From NCBI GenBank assembly GCA_049581885.1, contig JBAUSV010000070.1, positions 1,918 through 65,917 on the forward strand: a stretch of DNA of 64,000 nucleotides. Reading direction: 5' to 3'. The position numbers and the translations under genes were made by a program. The stretch comes from Gammaproteobacteria bacterium. Its GTDB lineage: Bacteria > Pseudomonadota > Gammaproteobacteria > JAKDMP01. A model generated the notes under the pieces. That model worked only from the letters and a program-made list of their open reading frames with translations. It was not told the origin of the DNA and searched no databases. Position 1 is the first letter of the stretch. Each line of letters begins with the position of its first letter. Of this stretch, positions 29,758 through 41,599 are shown in pieces.

Positions 29758-30065
29758 TCACCCATGAAACTGTAGAACGGGTATGTAAAGGTTGCCGGAC
29801 GGTTCTTCTCCACAAAGAAATGCGCCGCCCAGGCAAAACCGTAACCGGCAACCGGAATCAGGGCCAGGAGCCACCATACATGGGTCACGATGGCCCCAAC
29901 AATCAAGCCGATGATGAAAAATATGCCGATCACATGCAATCGACGGGTCATTCGGCGGCTGTGCTCACCCAGATAAAAGGGATAAAACGCCTTGAAATTG
30001 GCGAACTGTGCATGATTTTGGGGCCGAGAGTCCATATGCTCAAGTATATAAGATTGAGCTATCAA
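29712..30065 (-). CDS. DUF962 (Mpo1-like) membrane protein
   Basis: Two transmembrane segments plus AAHFFVEKNRPATFTYPFYSFMGDWVMF, characteristic of the DUF962 family. Confidence 0.6.
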   Translation of the reverse strand: MIAQSYILEHMDSRPQNHAQFANFKAFYPFYLGEHSRRMTRRLHVIGIFFIIGLIVGAIVTHVWWLLALIPVAGYGFAWAAHFFVEKNRPATFTYPFYSFMGDWVMFLQALSGRITW

Positions 30066-30085
30066 TTAATCATCATTACCCACTT

Positions 30086-31252
30086 ATGCACAACGTGAGC
30101 TTGCCCATGCCACATGACTCACACCCACATGTCTCCGGGATTCCGCAGGAGGTTCGATTTGTCGTGCTGTGCAAATTTGAGGGCTACCCGACCCATTCAT
30201 CCGGCTGGCTGATGCGGACATCACGTATAATCGGCGACGGTTCGTGCTTGCCGAGGCGTTCTGTCTGGATCAATATGTTCCGGGGGATGTCCGAAGTGGT
30301 TCATACAGCCTACGAGGGTGACGAGTTGCGGGCATTGGATTGGGGCAGGATTGCACGAGACGCGGAAGAGAACTGCGCTCACGCGCTCAAGAAGGTGCCA
30401 AATCTTCCGCCGGATGTTTCGCTGGAAGCATTCATCCGTACGGCGGCCGATGTCGGGCCGCTTGATCACTACAAGTACTTCGACGACGCAGCAAAAGGCA
30501 TGATCGAGCGTATCGGGATCACCTGTGGCGCTCCGGCGGTGCGTGCCTTCCTGCGCGCAGCACTGGGGCGGACTATTAGTATCTGGGTTGACAACGGGCG
30601 ATACCAGCGGCTTCCACCGCTTTGTGCACAGTATCATGCCGAGCAATTGGAACGCATCGCCCATGACCCGGATGTCACCTCTGATTGGCTCGATCTCGGT
30701 GATGACCGTTTTCAGAAGGAATTCGGGATCACGCTAATGAGGCTGTATGTTGCTGGTTCACATGTAGTCGACCCCAGATGCGGTATTTCGCGATCGACTG
30801 TGCTTCGCGAAGGGCTGGGAAAGGCATTGCCCAAGATCGGCCTGATCATGCGACTTGGAGGGTTCAAACCTTACCTCCAGAGCCATCTACATACCTTCCA
30901 TCTTGAGGCATTCAACGAGGAGGGAAGGAAGGACTTCTATCACTGTTGCACCGAGCTGTATTCGCTGCACCCACAATGTCTCGGCGTATTCTCCCTCAGT
31001 TGGTATTACGATCCCGTCCTCGAACAGATCAGCCCGTGGCTTGCATATCTGCGAAAGGTACCGCTCGCGAATGGCGCACACTTGTGGCACGTCCAAGACG
31101 GCGGGCAAGCCATCATTGATGCGACCGCAAAGTCGAAAAAGCGCCGGAAACTTTATGAGGAGGGAAAATACCTGCCCAGAACTTACATGCTGATCTGGGG
31201 GCGAAAAGAGCAGATCGAATGGGCTCGAGCGCATCCGCGTGCTGTTACATGA
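30086..31252 (+). CDS. hypothetical protein, no recognisable domain
   Basis: A long ORF in locally lower-GC DNA. The start is ambiguous (ATG 30086, or MFRGMSEV around 30278). It is rich in aromatic residues and His and has several conserved-looking Cys. Confidence 0.45.
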   Translation: MHNVSLPMPHDSHPHVSGIPQEVRFVVLCKFEGYPTHSSGWLMRTSRIIGDGSCLPRRSVWINMFRGMSEVVHTAYEGDELRALDWGRIARDAEENCAHALKKVPNLPPDVSLEAFIRTAADVGPLDHYKYFDDAAKGMIERIGITCGAPAVRAFLRAALGRTISIWVDNGRYQRLPPLCAQYHAEQLERIAHDPDVTSDWLDLGDDRFQKEFGITLMRLYVAGSHVVDPRCGISRSTVLREGLGKALPKIGLIMRLGGFKPYLQSHLHTFHLEAFNEEGRKDFYHCCTELYSLHPQCLGVFSLSWYYDPVLEQISPWLAYLRKVPLANGAHLWHVQDGGQAIIDATAKSKKRRKLYEEGKYLPRTYMLIWGRKEQIEWARAHPRAVT

Positions 31253-31579
31253 GCCGGTACCAGCAGCTGTCGCTGCAGCCGAAAACGCGGCGGGGCAGGT
31301 CGGCGAATCCACTCGGTTGCGCGTCGAATCTCAGCACACCGAGGCGTTCGTCATCGAGAAATCTCTGAAGAAGATGGCGTCGCGCTCCACCACGCTTCTG
31401 GCAGATTCAGGCCGGGATACAGATCGTAGCCTACTAACCCGAACGCTAGTAACTAACGCCGGGTTTGTTCTACACTACTCCCGCCGCAAGGCGAAATTTT
31501 TCCTATCGACCGGCATACTATGCAGTTGATACGTGCGGACCGAGAACCCGGTGCTTGAGCTTCGGCGAATCTCATCCGA

Positions 31580-32629
31580 CTACAGCAGAATCCTGCTTGG
31601 GAAGTCGGTGAACGCAGCTCCGTCGTGATCCGGACTCACGTTCAGTTCCACGACCACTGGACCCGACGGTCCGATTGCCACGTCCAGGCCCGCGAATTTC
31701 AATTCTGGAAAGACCGACAAGGCATGCTCCGCCAGCTTCCGAACGCCTGACCAATATGGCAATTCGATGCCCTCGATCGGCGCACCGTGGTCAGGGTGTA
31801 GGTGGTAGATGTTGCGTTCCGCGCATGCATCCTGGGCCGCTCGAAGCCGTCCAGTGGCTAAATCGACGGGAGCCACGATCCCACCGCTTGATGCGTTGTC
31901 GACCAACATGTTCCTTCGGCCGATGCGCAGATAGGCTGTGAGCACCTGATATCCCGCTTTGCCGCGATCGATGACCCAGATTCGAACCGTGTTGACGCTC
32001 GCGGGATTGATCGCTGACAAGGCGGAATGCTGCTTGAAGTACTCCTCGACAATCCAGTCTCCCCCGTCATCAAGTTGGAGCGTGTCTGCGCAATAAGCCG
32101 ACACTTCACCCGTGTCCGTCTGGTCGGTCTCCCGGCACGTCATGGTTTTTTCATACTCTATCACCGGGATGTGTATCCCTTTTCCACCCCAGCCTTCCAG
32201 CGGCTTGAAAACCAATCGCGTCGCCTGTAGCCCCCTTGCCAATCTTTCCAGATCGGCTGCATTGCGTAATGGATGACCAGCCGAATCGCAACCTATACGA
32301 GCTTGGAGTCGACCAAGAAAGCGTGGAGTTGGAACGCCGAACAATGTCAGGATGGCCTTTTCGGCGACCTTGTTCTGCGAGAGCTTTCGGTACGCCCTCG
32401 GGTTCAGCATCCCTACGCGACGCTGGTATGCTCTAGCACCGAGTTGGCTTGACTTGTCACTCCAGGAAAGTTCGCGGCGCCAGAACCCGGCCATGTGGTA
32501 ATAGCGAGGCCCTACGCCGTGCAGCAAACGCAGCAAAACCATCTCGCCCAACTGTCGCGGGAATCCATGATGCCCCTCGAGAGCGCGGCGGCGGCTGAGG
32601 TTGATGATTTGGGACAGTTTTTTCTTCAC
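31580..32629 (-). CDS. ATP-grasp domain protein (sugar-transfer-associated ATP-grasp type)
   Basis: ATP-grasp core (FKPLEGWGGKGI...EEYFKQH...NVSPDH), resembling alpha-L-glutamate-ligase-like enzymes found in polysaccharide loci. Confidence 0.6.
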   Translation of the reverse strand: MKKKLSQIINLSRRRALEGHHGFPRQLGEMVLLRLLHGVGPRYYHMAGFWRRELSWSDKSSQLGARAYQRRVGMLNPRAYRKLSQNKVAEKAILTLFGVPTPRFLGRLQARIGCDSAGHPLRNAADLERLARGLQATRLVFKPLEGWGGKGIHIPVIEYEKTMTCRETDQTDTGEVSAYCADTLQLDDGGDWIVEEYFKQHSALSAINPASVNTVRIWVIDRGKAGYQVLTAYLRIGRRNMLVDNASSGGIVAPVDLATGRLRAAQDACAERNIYHLHPDHGAPIEGIELPYWSGVRKLAEHALSVFPELKFAGLDVAIGPSGPVVVELNVSPDHDGAAFTDFPSRILL

Positions 32630-32960
32630 CCTACAGCCACTTCACTCATGCAATTACCCTGATTTCGGATTATACCCAAATGATCATCCAGCAGGTCTTG
32701 CCCTGGTTGGTGAACGTGAAGATCATTGAGGGTTTTTCGCGTGTTCCACCCACCGCTTTGGCGGCCGGCGTTTGTCCCCCGCGGAGCGTTGCCTCGGCCG
32801 CGCACATCATCCAATAATCACCGTTTTCGCTATCCCCCCTTTGTGACATTTTCCTACTTTGTCCTACACGGGATGGCCAATGGTCGCCGCAAGACCCGTC
32901 TTGTCTGAAGGCATTAAGAGGACTAAAATAGTCCTGTATTGAGTCACGCGAGGCATTTCG

Positions 32961-33440
32961 ATGCTGCGGATGAGCAAATTGGCGGATTACGCCGCCCTGA
33001 TGCTGGCCACCATGGCCGAAAGACCCACGGCCAATCATACGGCTGCGGAGCTCGCTGCCGGGACCGGGATCAGCCCACCAACCGTAAGCAAGCTGCTTAA
33101 AACCCTGGCGCACGAGAAGCTCGTCGTCTCGCGGCGTGGATCGCATGGCGGCTATAGTTTGGCCCGTGCGCCGACGGCAATCAGTGCTTTGGACGTGATC
33201 GAGGCCATCGAAGGACCGCTGGCTGTGACCGAATGCACGCTGGCGCCCGGGCTTTGTGAACTCGAAACGACATGCCAGCTCAGTTCGCAGTGGCAGCACC
33301 TGTCGGTTGCGGTGGGACGCGCTCTGGCTGAAATCACGCTGGTGGATCTGATCGGCGACCCGATTGATCCGCAGCTCTCGATGCGTCGCACGGCTCCGAA
33401 ATCCACTGCCCGCATGGAGCACCATCATGGCCACGCGTGA
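32961..33440 (+). CDS. Rrf2 family transcriptional regulator (IscR/SufR-like)
   Basis: wHTH plus three Cys ([14 protein letters not shown]) for Fe-S sensing. It sits directly upstream of sufB. Confidence 0.8.
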   Translation: MLRMSKLADYAALMLATMAERPTANHTAAELAAGTGISPPTVSKLLKTLAHEKLVVSRRGSHGGYSLARAPTAISALDVIEAIEGPLAVTECTLAPGLCELETTCQLSSQWQHLSVAVGRALAEITLVDLIGDPIDPQLSMRRTAPKSTARMEHHHGHA

Positions 33441-34877
33441 ACCCGAAGTTTCCGACTTCATCGACCAGCGGTATCTACACGGCTTCTACACTGATATCGA
33501 ATCCGATACCATTCCGCCGGGCCTGAACGAAGATGTCATCCGCCTGATATCCAAACGCAAGGACGAACCGGAGTGGATGTGCGAGTGGCGCCTCGAAGCC
33601 TATCGACGCTGGTGCGACAAGCCGGAACCGACGTGGGCGCATGTGCACTACCCAAAGATCGACTATCAGGCGATCTCCTACTATTCCGCACCCGGCGCCA
33701 AGGACAAGCTGGCGCCGAAGAGCTTGGACGAAGTGGATCCGAAGCTGCTCGAAACCTACGAAAAGCTGGGCATCCCGCTGCATGAACGTGCAGCACTGGC
33801 GGGAGTAGCCGTCGATGCGGTGTTCGACAGCGTGTCGGTAGCCACCACTTTCAAAGCGAAGCTGGCCGAAGCCGGCGTGATTTTCTGCCCGATCAGCGAG
33901 GCCATCCGCGAACACCCCGATCTGGTACGAAAATATCTCGGCTCGGTGGTGCCGCAGGGCGACAATTTCTACGCCAGCCTGAACTCGGCGGTGTTTACCG
34001 ACGGCTCATTTGTCTACATCCCCAAGGGCGTACGCTGCCCGATGGAGCTTTCGACCTATTTCCGCATCAACGCCGCCAACACCGGCCAGTTCGAGCGCAC
34101 GCTCATCATTGCCGACGAAGGCGCCTATGTGAGCTACCTCGAAGGCTGCACCGCACCGATGCGTGACGAGAATCAACTGCATGCGGCGGTAGTGGAACTG
34201 GTCGCGCTGGACGATGCCCAAATCAAGTACGCCACGGTGCAGAACTGGTACCCGGGCGATGAGGAAGGCCGCGGCGGCATCTACAATTTTGTGACCAAGC
34301 GCGGCGACTGCAGGGGACGCAACTCGCACATTTCCTGGACGCAGGTCGAGACCGGTTCAGCCATCACCTGGAAGTACCCGAGCTGCATTCTGCGCGGCGA
34401 CAATTCGGTCGGCGAATTTTATTCCGTGGCAGTCGCCAACAACTACCAGCAGGCCGATACCGGCACCAAGATGACCCACATCGGCAAGAACACGCACAGC
34501 ACCATCATCTCCAAGGGCATTTCGGCCGGCCACGGACAGAACGCCTACCGGGGCCTGGTACACATCGCCAGCAGCGCCGCGAACGCGCACAACTACACGC
34601 AGTGCGATTCGCTGCTAATGGGCAACACTTGCGGCGCACACACCTTCCCCTACATCGAAGCCAGGAACCCCACGGCGCGTGTGGAACACGAGGCGACGAC
34701 TTCACGCATCGGCGAGGATCAACTGTTCTACCTGCGCAGCCGCGGATTGAGCGAGGAAGACGCCGTAAACCTGGTAGTCAACGGCTTCTGCAAAACCGTA
34801 TTTCAGCAATTACCCATGGAATTCGCGGTCGAGGCAGGTCGCCTGCTCTCGGTCACACTGGAAGGAGCGATCGGATA

Positions 34878-34878
<1 letters not shown>
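33427..34878 (+). CDS. sufB: Fe-S cluster assembly protein SufB
   Basis: Full-length SufB similarity; the ATG at 33427 overlaps the Rrf2 gene end. Confidence 0.9.
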
Positions 34879-35635
<757 letters not shown>

Positions 35636-35639
<4 letters not shown>

Positions 35640-36889
35640 ACGAATCGACGGCTTTCGCATCCGCACTACCGGAAGCGGTAGCAGACGGTTTTGCGTCTAT
35701 CCGGCGCGAGGCGCGCGTGCGATTCCTGTCGCACGGCTGGCCCACCCGGCGTAACGAGTCGTACAAGTACACCGATCTGTCCGTTCTGGAAAAACAGGAC
35801 TGGCCGCGTGCCGAAAAACCAAACTCTCTACCCAAACTGCCGGCCGAATTCGGCGTACGCAGCGTCTGGGTTGATGGCTATTTGTCGGAACAGCCCGGCG
35901 ACAAACGGCTGGTTTCCCTACAGGACTGCGCAGTATCGCCTTCCCCTGCCCTGACTACCTTGCTGGGGCAACTCGCCCCGCAGGACGATCCCGTAGTGGC
36001 GCTCAATACGACGCTATTCGATCACGGCGCATGGATCGATCTGCCCGACAATGCAGCGCCCGCCGAGGCACTGGAACTGGTCTACGCCAGCGCCGAACGC
36101 GACACCCCTGCCGCCACCCATGCCCGGCTCGCCATTCGTTTGGGCCGGAACAGTCAACTGGTGCTGATTGAGCGCCATCTCGGCGGCCCTGCGGAAACCT
36201 TGAGCACGCGCGTGGCGGAAATTTCGCTGGCCCCCGGAGCGCAGTTGTTGCATATCCGTCTCAACGAGGCCGGCGCTGCTACCCGTCTGCTCGGCCACAC
36301 TACGGTGCGCACGGGCGCCGGTGCCCGTTACCGTTGCCTGAATCTCGATCTGGGCGCCAAACTTTCGCGTGAAGCGTTCGTAGTCAACTTGATCGAAGAC
36401 CATGCCGAAACCGTGCTCTCCGGGCTTGCCCTGCTCGACGGGAAACGGCATGCCGATGTCGATGTGCGCGTGGTTCACGATGCGCTGCATACGCGCAGCC
36501 GCCAAGCGTTTCGCGGCGTGCTCGACGGACGCAGCCGGAGCATCTACAGCGGCCGAGTGGTGGTTCGTCCCGATGCCCAGAAAACCGATTCCGGGCAGGA
36601 ATCGGCCAACCTGCTGCTTTCTCCGCGCGCCGAAGCCGACACCCGCCCGCAGCTCGAGATCTATGCCGACGATGTTATCTGCAATCATGGCGCGGCCACT
36701 GGAGCCATCGATCCGGATGCACTCTTTTATCTGCAAAGCCGTGGACTCGATGCTGATGCGGCCCGGCGCATGATCGCCTATGGCTTCGCTGCCCACATTC
36801 TTGCCGGCTTGGACGACGAGCGTCTGCGCCACGAATTGCTGGGCTTGCTTGCAGGATCCATGCAGGCACCGCAGGAGGTCCGCGAATGA
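35636..36889 (+). CDS. sufD: Fe-S cluster assembly protein SufD
   Basis: SufB/SufD family C-terminal beta-helix. ATGA overlap with sufC. Confidence 0.85.
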
Positions 36890-38139
36890 CTGCAACCCAA
36901 ACCGTAGTGGCAAGTACAGCCATCGACACGCTACGCTTGCGGGCGGATTTCCCAGCCTTGGCGCAGAGCGTGCGCGGCCATCCGTTGATCTATCTCGACA
37001 ATGCCGCCACCACGCAGAAACCGAACACCGTAATCGACGCGGAAGCCGACTATTACCGCCACGACAATGCCAATGTGCACCGCGGCGTGCATACCCTGTC
37101 CGAGCGCGCCACCGAACGGTACGAACAGGCCCGCGCGCGCACCGCGCAATTCATCGGTGCGGGATCGGCGCAGGAAATCGTGTTTACCCGCGGCACCACT
37201 GAAGCCATCAACCTGGTGGCCACCGCGTGGGGCTCGGCACATGTCAGTGCGGGCGATGAGATTCTGCTCACCGAGCTCGAGCATCATTCCAACATCGTGC
37301 CCTGGCAATTGCTGGCCGAACGCACCGGCGCTCGAATTGTGGTTGCGCCCATTGACGAACGCGGCAACGTTCCGCTGGAAAGTTTCACCGAGCGCTTGAG
37401 CGAGCGTACTCGCCTCGCAGCCTTTGCGCATGTATCCAATGCACTTGGCACCGTGAACCCGGTTGCAGAAATGATTCGCCGTTCGCATCAGGCCGGTGCC
37501 AGGGTGCTGGTTGACGGCGCTCAGGCCGTGGGGCATCTACCTGTCAACGTCCGCGATCTGGACTGCGACTTCTACGCCCTCTCCGGGCACAAGATGTATG
37601 CCCCCATGGGCATCGGCGCGTTATACATGCGCGAGGAAATCGCGGCTGACATGCCGCCATGGCAAGGCGGCGGCGACATGATCCGCGCCGTACGCTTCGA
37701 CAAGACGCTCTACGCAGAACCACCGTATCGCTTCGAGGCCGGCACGCCCAATGTGGGCGGCGCGGTCGGACTCGCCGCCGCCATCGACTATCTGGGCACG
37801 CTGGGCATGCCGGCACTCGCCAGATCCGAAGACGCCCTGCTCGACTACGCGCTTACGCGGCTGCATGACGTACCCGGCCTGCGCCTGATCGGCGAGCCCG
37901 ATCAGCGGGTGGGCGTCATCTCATTCGAGATCGAAGGCGTCCATCCGCACGATCTGGGCACCCTGCTCGACCATGCCGGAGTCGCCATTCGCACCGGTCA
38001 CCACTGCGCCATGCCTGTCATGGAGCATTACGGTGTGCCCGCAACCGCACGGGCATCCTTCGGTTTGTACAACACCACCGAGGATATCGACACACTGGTT
38101 ACCGCCCTGATCGAAGCCCGGGAGGTTTTTCGCCGATGA
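36886..38139 (+). CDS. sufS: cysteine desulfurase SufS
   Basis: Class II desulfurase motifs (SGHKMYAPMGIG PLP-Lys, RTGHHCA active Cys loop). Confidence 0.9.
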   Translation: MTATQTVVASTAIDTLRLRADFPALAQSVRGHPLIYLDNAATTQKPNTVIDAEADYYRHDNANVHRGVHTLSERATERYEQARARTAQFIGAGSAQEIVFTRGTTEAINLVATAWGSAHVSAGDEILLTELEHHSNIVPWQLLAERTGARIVVAPIDERGNVPLESFTERLSERTRLAAFAHVSNALGTVNPVAEMIRRSHQAGARVLVDGAQAVGHLPVNVRDLDCDFYALSGHKMYAPMGIGALYMREEIAADMPPWQGGGDMIRAVRFDKTLYAEPPYRFEAGTPNVGGAVGLAAAIDYLGTLGMPALARSEDALLDYALTRLHDVPGLRLIGEPDQRVGVISFEIEGVHPHDLGTLLDHAGVAIRTGHHCAMPVMEHYGVPATARASFGLYNTTEDIDTLVTALIEAREVFRR

Positions 38140-38591
38140 TCGACACCGAATTGGCTGCCCTGTATCAGGACATCATCATTGACCACAACAAGAGTCCACG
38201 CAATTTCGGCGAACTGCCGCCGCCGCGGCGGGAAGCCGATGGCTATAACCCGCTGTGCGGGGACCGCCTGAGTGTGTATCTCACACTCAATGGTGATCGC
38301 ATAGACGACGTCAGATTTAACGGTAGCGGCTGCGCGATTTCCGTGGCTTCCGCTTCCCTCATGACCGAAGCGCTCAAGGGCAAAACCGTCGCCGAAGTCG
38401 ATACCCTGTTCAAGCATATGCATGCCCTGCTGACCGGGACCACCCAACCCGAAGGCGAAGTCGACCTGGGCAAACTCGAGGCGCTGGCCGGCGTGCGCGC
38501 CTATCCCTCGCGCGTAAAATGCGCGACGCTGGCCTGGCACACGGTGCAGTCGGCGCTGAGCGACGATTACAAGCCGGTCACCACGGAGTAG
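38136..38591 (+). CDS. sufU: SUF system NifU/IscU-type sulfur acceptor (SufU)
   Basis: NPLCGDRL...GSGCAIS...VKCATLA conserved Cys/Asp ligands. Confidence 0.8.
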   Translation: MIDTELAALYQDIIIDHNKSPRNFGELPPPRREADGYNPLCGDRLSVYLTLNGDRIDDVRFNGSGCAISVASASLMTEALKGKTVAEVDTLFKHMHALLTGTTQPEGEVDLGKLEALAGVRAYPSRVKCATLAWHTVQSALSDDYKPVTTE

Positions 38592-38596
38592 GCACC

Positions 38597-39145
38597 ATGC
38601 TGGGAGACAGACAGGTCGTCACCGCCGAACGCGATTGCCCCGGGGTGCTCGTTCCCATGGGAACCGAGGTCGTCATCCCCGAAGGCACCGAGGTCCAGAT
38701 CACCCAGGCCATGGGCGGCAGCATCACCGTGCACATCGGCGGCAACCTGGTGCGCGTGGACGCAGCCAATGCTGATGCATTGGGGCTCGACATCGATCAG
38801 GGCGATCCCATGCCGGAGAATCCGAGCGACGAGGAATTCGAGCAACTCGCCTGGAATCAGTTAAAAACCTGTTTTGATCCCGAAATCCCGATCAATATCG
38901 TGGACCTCGGGTTGATCTACAAGTGTGAATTCGAGACGCGCGAAGACGGGAAACGTGAAGTGACGGTGGATCTGACGCTGACGGCACCCGGCTGCGGCAT
39001 GGGAGATATTCTGCTCGACGATGTACAGACCAAGCTCAAGTTGATTCCGACTTGCAGCGAAGTGCGGGCTGAGCTGGTATTCGATCCACCCTGGGGGCCG
39101 GACAGGATGACGGATGAAGCGCGATTGCAGACGGGAATGTATTAG
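38597..39145 (+). CDS. sufT: putative Fe-S assembly protein SufT (DUF59/MIP18 domain)
   Basis: The C-terminal NIVDLGLIY...TAPGCGM motif is a DUF59 hallmark. There is an N-terminal extension. Confidence 0.7.
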   Translation: MLGDRQVVTAERDCPGVLVPMGTEVVIPEGTEVQITQAMGGSITVHIGGNLVRVDAANADALGLDIDQGDPMPENPSDEEFEQLAWNQLKTCFDPEIPINIVDLGLIYKCEFETREDGKREVTVDLTLTAPGCGMGDILLDDVQTKLKLIPTCSEVRAELVFDPPWGPDRMTDEARLQTGMY

Positions 39146-39277
39146 CAGAGCGAGTCGCAAGACGTGAGGTGCAATGGCAAGAGCGCTGCTATGCTGCACG
39201 ATCGGCGCTTGATTGCCCGGCAGGGCCGGGCATGCGCTGCTTCTCCCTCACTCTTCGTTAGTAAAAGGAGTAGATGA

Positions 39278-39607
39278 ATGAGTGAATGGATCGAAGTCTG
39301 TGGTGTGGACGAAATCAAGTCCGGTGGGTACCGCACGATCTGGATCGATGACGATGAAGTGGCAGTCATCAAGTGCGACGGCAACGTGTATGCCATCCAG
39401 GACATCTGCACTCACGACGGTGGCGAACTCACCGGCGGCACCATCGAAGGTTGCGAAATAGAATGCCCGCGTCACAGTGCCCGCTTCGATATCCGCACCG
39501 GCGCCGTACTTTGCCCCCCCGCCTATGAGCCGATTGACACCTATGCGGTGGAAATCCGAGATGGACGCATTTTTGTCAATCCAGAACCGGCGGATAACCC
39601 GGCCTGA
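39278..39607 (+). CDS. Rieske [2Fe-2S] domain protein
   Basis: CTHDGG...CPRHSARF are the Rieske ligands. The RBS is AAAAGGAG. Confidence 0.75.
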   Translation: MSEWIEVCGVDEIKSGGYRTIWIDDDEVAVIKCDGNVYAIQDICTHDGGELTGGTIEGCEIECPRHSARFDIRTGAVLCPPAYEPIDTYAVEIRDGRIFVNPEPADNPA

Positions 39608-39640
39608 ACAACAGGGAAACCGATCACCCGATAGGCGGTA

Positions 39641-40282
39641 TTATTTCTGCCCGCCGGTTTGTGTCGCATTTGCGGGAGCCTTGATAACTCCCGTCCATCG
39701 TGCGCTACGAGTCAACTTGTCGATACCCCGGGACAACTGACTAAGCTGTGACGGTACATTCGTGCAACCCTCGTTGACTTTGACTTTCTTGGTCTCGCCA
39801 TTCAATGTGATTCCCACAACGTAAATCGCTGCATTCGACCGATTGGGATGGCATCCCTTGCTCTGCAGAGTGTAGTCGTCACCCAGGCCGAAGAATGCGG
39901 CCTGTTCGACCAACTTGAGCAACTGCTGTTGGTGGTAGGTATCGAAATTTACGCTCAGATTACCTTTTTTGATCACGTTTCGAATGCCGGTGTATTGCAG
40001 TTTTCCACCAGCATAGTGCAGGGCATAATCGGGACAGCCGGCGGCACACCCTTGCCGCCACAGGACCACTTCAAAGCCCTTGAGGCTATCACTTGCAGCC
40101 GCCATTGCAGCCGTCGCACTGGCAGGTGCCACGCGCTGCTGTGATGCCGAATGCTGACGCAGCAGAATCGGAACGAATTCGACGATCACGAAAATCACGA
40201 CCGCAGTCAGAACGGCCAGAGTCAAAAAACGCGCTCTAGAACTGCGGCGGCGGGTATGACGTGTCGTATGCTCTGATTTCAT
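39641..40282 (-). CDS. hypothetical membrane-anchored protein
   Basis: A single N-terminal transmembrane segment with a periplasmic Cys-containing domain and no family call. Confidence 0.45.
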   Translation of the reverse strand: MKSEHTTRHTRRRSSRARFLTLAVLTAVVIFVIVEFVPILLRQHSASQQRVAPASATAAMAAASDSLKGFEVVLWRQGCAAGCPDYALHYAGGKLQYTGIRNVIKKGNLSVNFDTYHQQQLLKLVEQAAFFGLGDDYTLQSKGCHPNRSNAAIYVVGITLNGETKKVKVNEGCTNVPSQLSQLSRGIDKLTRSARWTGVIKAPANATQTGGQK

Positions 40283-40426
40283 GGGGGCATACTAACATTG
40301 TCGAAATTGCTCCCACTGCCTGCAGTCGAAGCCCGCAGAATATCCGACAGGTCGTAAATTCTGGTAAAATTCTCTGGTTTTTCCGGCTTTTGGTGCCGGA
40401 TTTTTTAATCACGAGGGTAACGGATC

Positions 40427-41545
40427 ATGCTCATCGGCGTTCCGAAGGAAATCAAGACTCACGAATACCGCGTCGGGCTGACCCCGGCTGGCGTACGTGA
40501 ACTTACACACAGCGGCCACAAGGTGCTGGTCGAAACCCAGGCCGGAGCCGGAATCGACTTTGACGACGCCGCTTACCGCAGTGCCGGTGCGGACATCGCG
40601 CCCGACGCCGAAACGATATTTGCCAAAGCCGACATGATCGTCAAGGTAAAGGAACCGCAGCCGCAGGAATGCAAGCGCCTGCGCGAAGATCAGTTGCTTT
40701 TCACTTACTTGCATCTGGCGCCCGATCCGGAACAGACTCGTCTGTTATGTGAATCCGGCGCCATTGCTATCGCCTACGAGACCGTAACCGACGAACACGG
40801 GCGTCTGCCTTTGCTCGCGCCCATGAGCGAAGTCGCCGGGCGCATGTCGATCCAGGCTGGTGCCCACAGTCTGGAACGTGCCCAGGGCGGACGCGGTGTG
40901 CTGCTCGGCGGCGTGCCGGGCGTGGCCCCCGGACGCGTGGTCATCATCGGCGGCGGTGTAGTCGGCGTCAACGCTGCCCGCATGGCGATGGGAACCGGTG
41001 CGCGCGTTACCGTGCTCGACAAGTCACTCGACCGCCTGGCCGAATTGGACCACCTCTATGGCCCCCGCCTGGAGACGCTCTACTCCACCACTGACAGCCT
41101 GGAAAGCTGCGTGGTCGATGCCGACCTGGTGATCGGCGCCGTACTGGTACCCGGCGCCGCTGCGCCCAAGCTGGTCAACCGGGCACTTCTCAAGAAGATG
41201 CGGCGCGGCGCGGTCGTTGTCGATGTCGCCATCGACCAGGGCGGATGCTTCGAGACCAGCCGCCCCACCACCCACAGCGATCCCATCTACATCGAGGAAG
41301 ACGTGGTGCATTACTGCGTGGCCAACATGCCGGGCGCCGTGGCCCGCACCTCGACCCTGGCGCTGACCAACGCCACCCTGCCGTTCGTCCACGCCCTGGC
41401 CGACAAGGGCTACAAGCAGGCCCTGGCCGACAACCCGCACCTGCTCGAGGGCCTCAACGTGCACCACGGCGACGTGACCTATAAAGCCGTCGCCCAAGCG
41501 CTCGGCCTGAATTACGTCCCCGCTCGCCGGGCCATCGGACTCTGA
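40427..41545 (+). CDS. ald: alanine dehydrogenase
   Basis: [11 protein letters not shown]-terminus and NAD-binding GGGVVG, with full-length similarity. Confidence 0.85.
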   Translation: MLIGVPKEIKTHEYRVGLTPAGVRELTHSGHKVLVETQAGAGIDFDDAAYRSAGADIAPDAETIFAKADMIVKVKEPQPQECKRLREDQLLFTYLHLAPDPEQTRLLCESGAIAIAYETVTDEHGRLPLLAPMSEVAGRMSIQAGAHSLERAQGGRGVLLGGVPGVAPGRVVIIGGGVVGVNAARMAMGTGARVTVLDKSLDRLAELDHLYGPRLETLYSTTDSLESCVVDADLVIGAVLVPGAAAPKLVNRALLKKMRRGAVVVDVAIDQGGCFETSRPTTHSDPIYIEEDVVHYCVANMPGAVARTSTLALTNATLPFVHALADKGYKQALADNPHLLEGLNVHHGDVTYKAVAQALGLNYVPARRAIGL

Positions 41546-41599
41546 GAACCTGCTAGCGATCCCTTCGCGCCGGACGCGGGCCAGGAGTCCGAGAGACTC

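Noticed and set aside
32670-33461. 263-aa minus-strand ORF across the Rrf2 regulator gene
   Set aside because: The plus strand encodes an Rrf2/IscR-like regulator directly upstream of sufB, the expected operon architecture. The minus-strand frame has no motifs.
36014-37536. Minus-strand ORFs 36014..36913 and 36931..37536, antisense to sufD and sufS
   Set aside because: They lie inside a conserved, translationally coupled suf operon and are antisense GC-frame artefacts.
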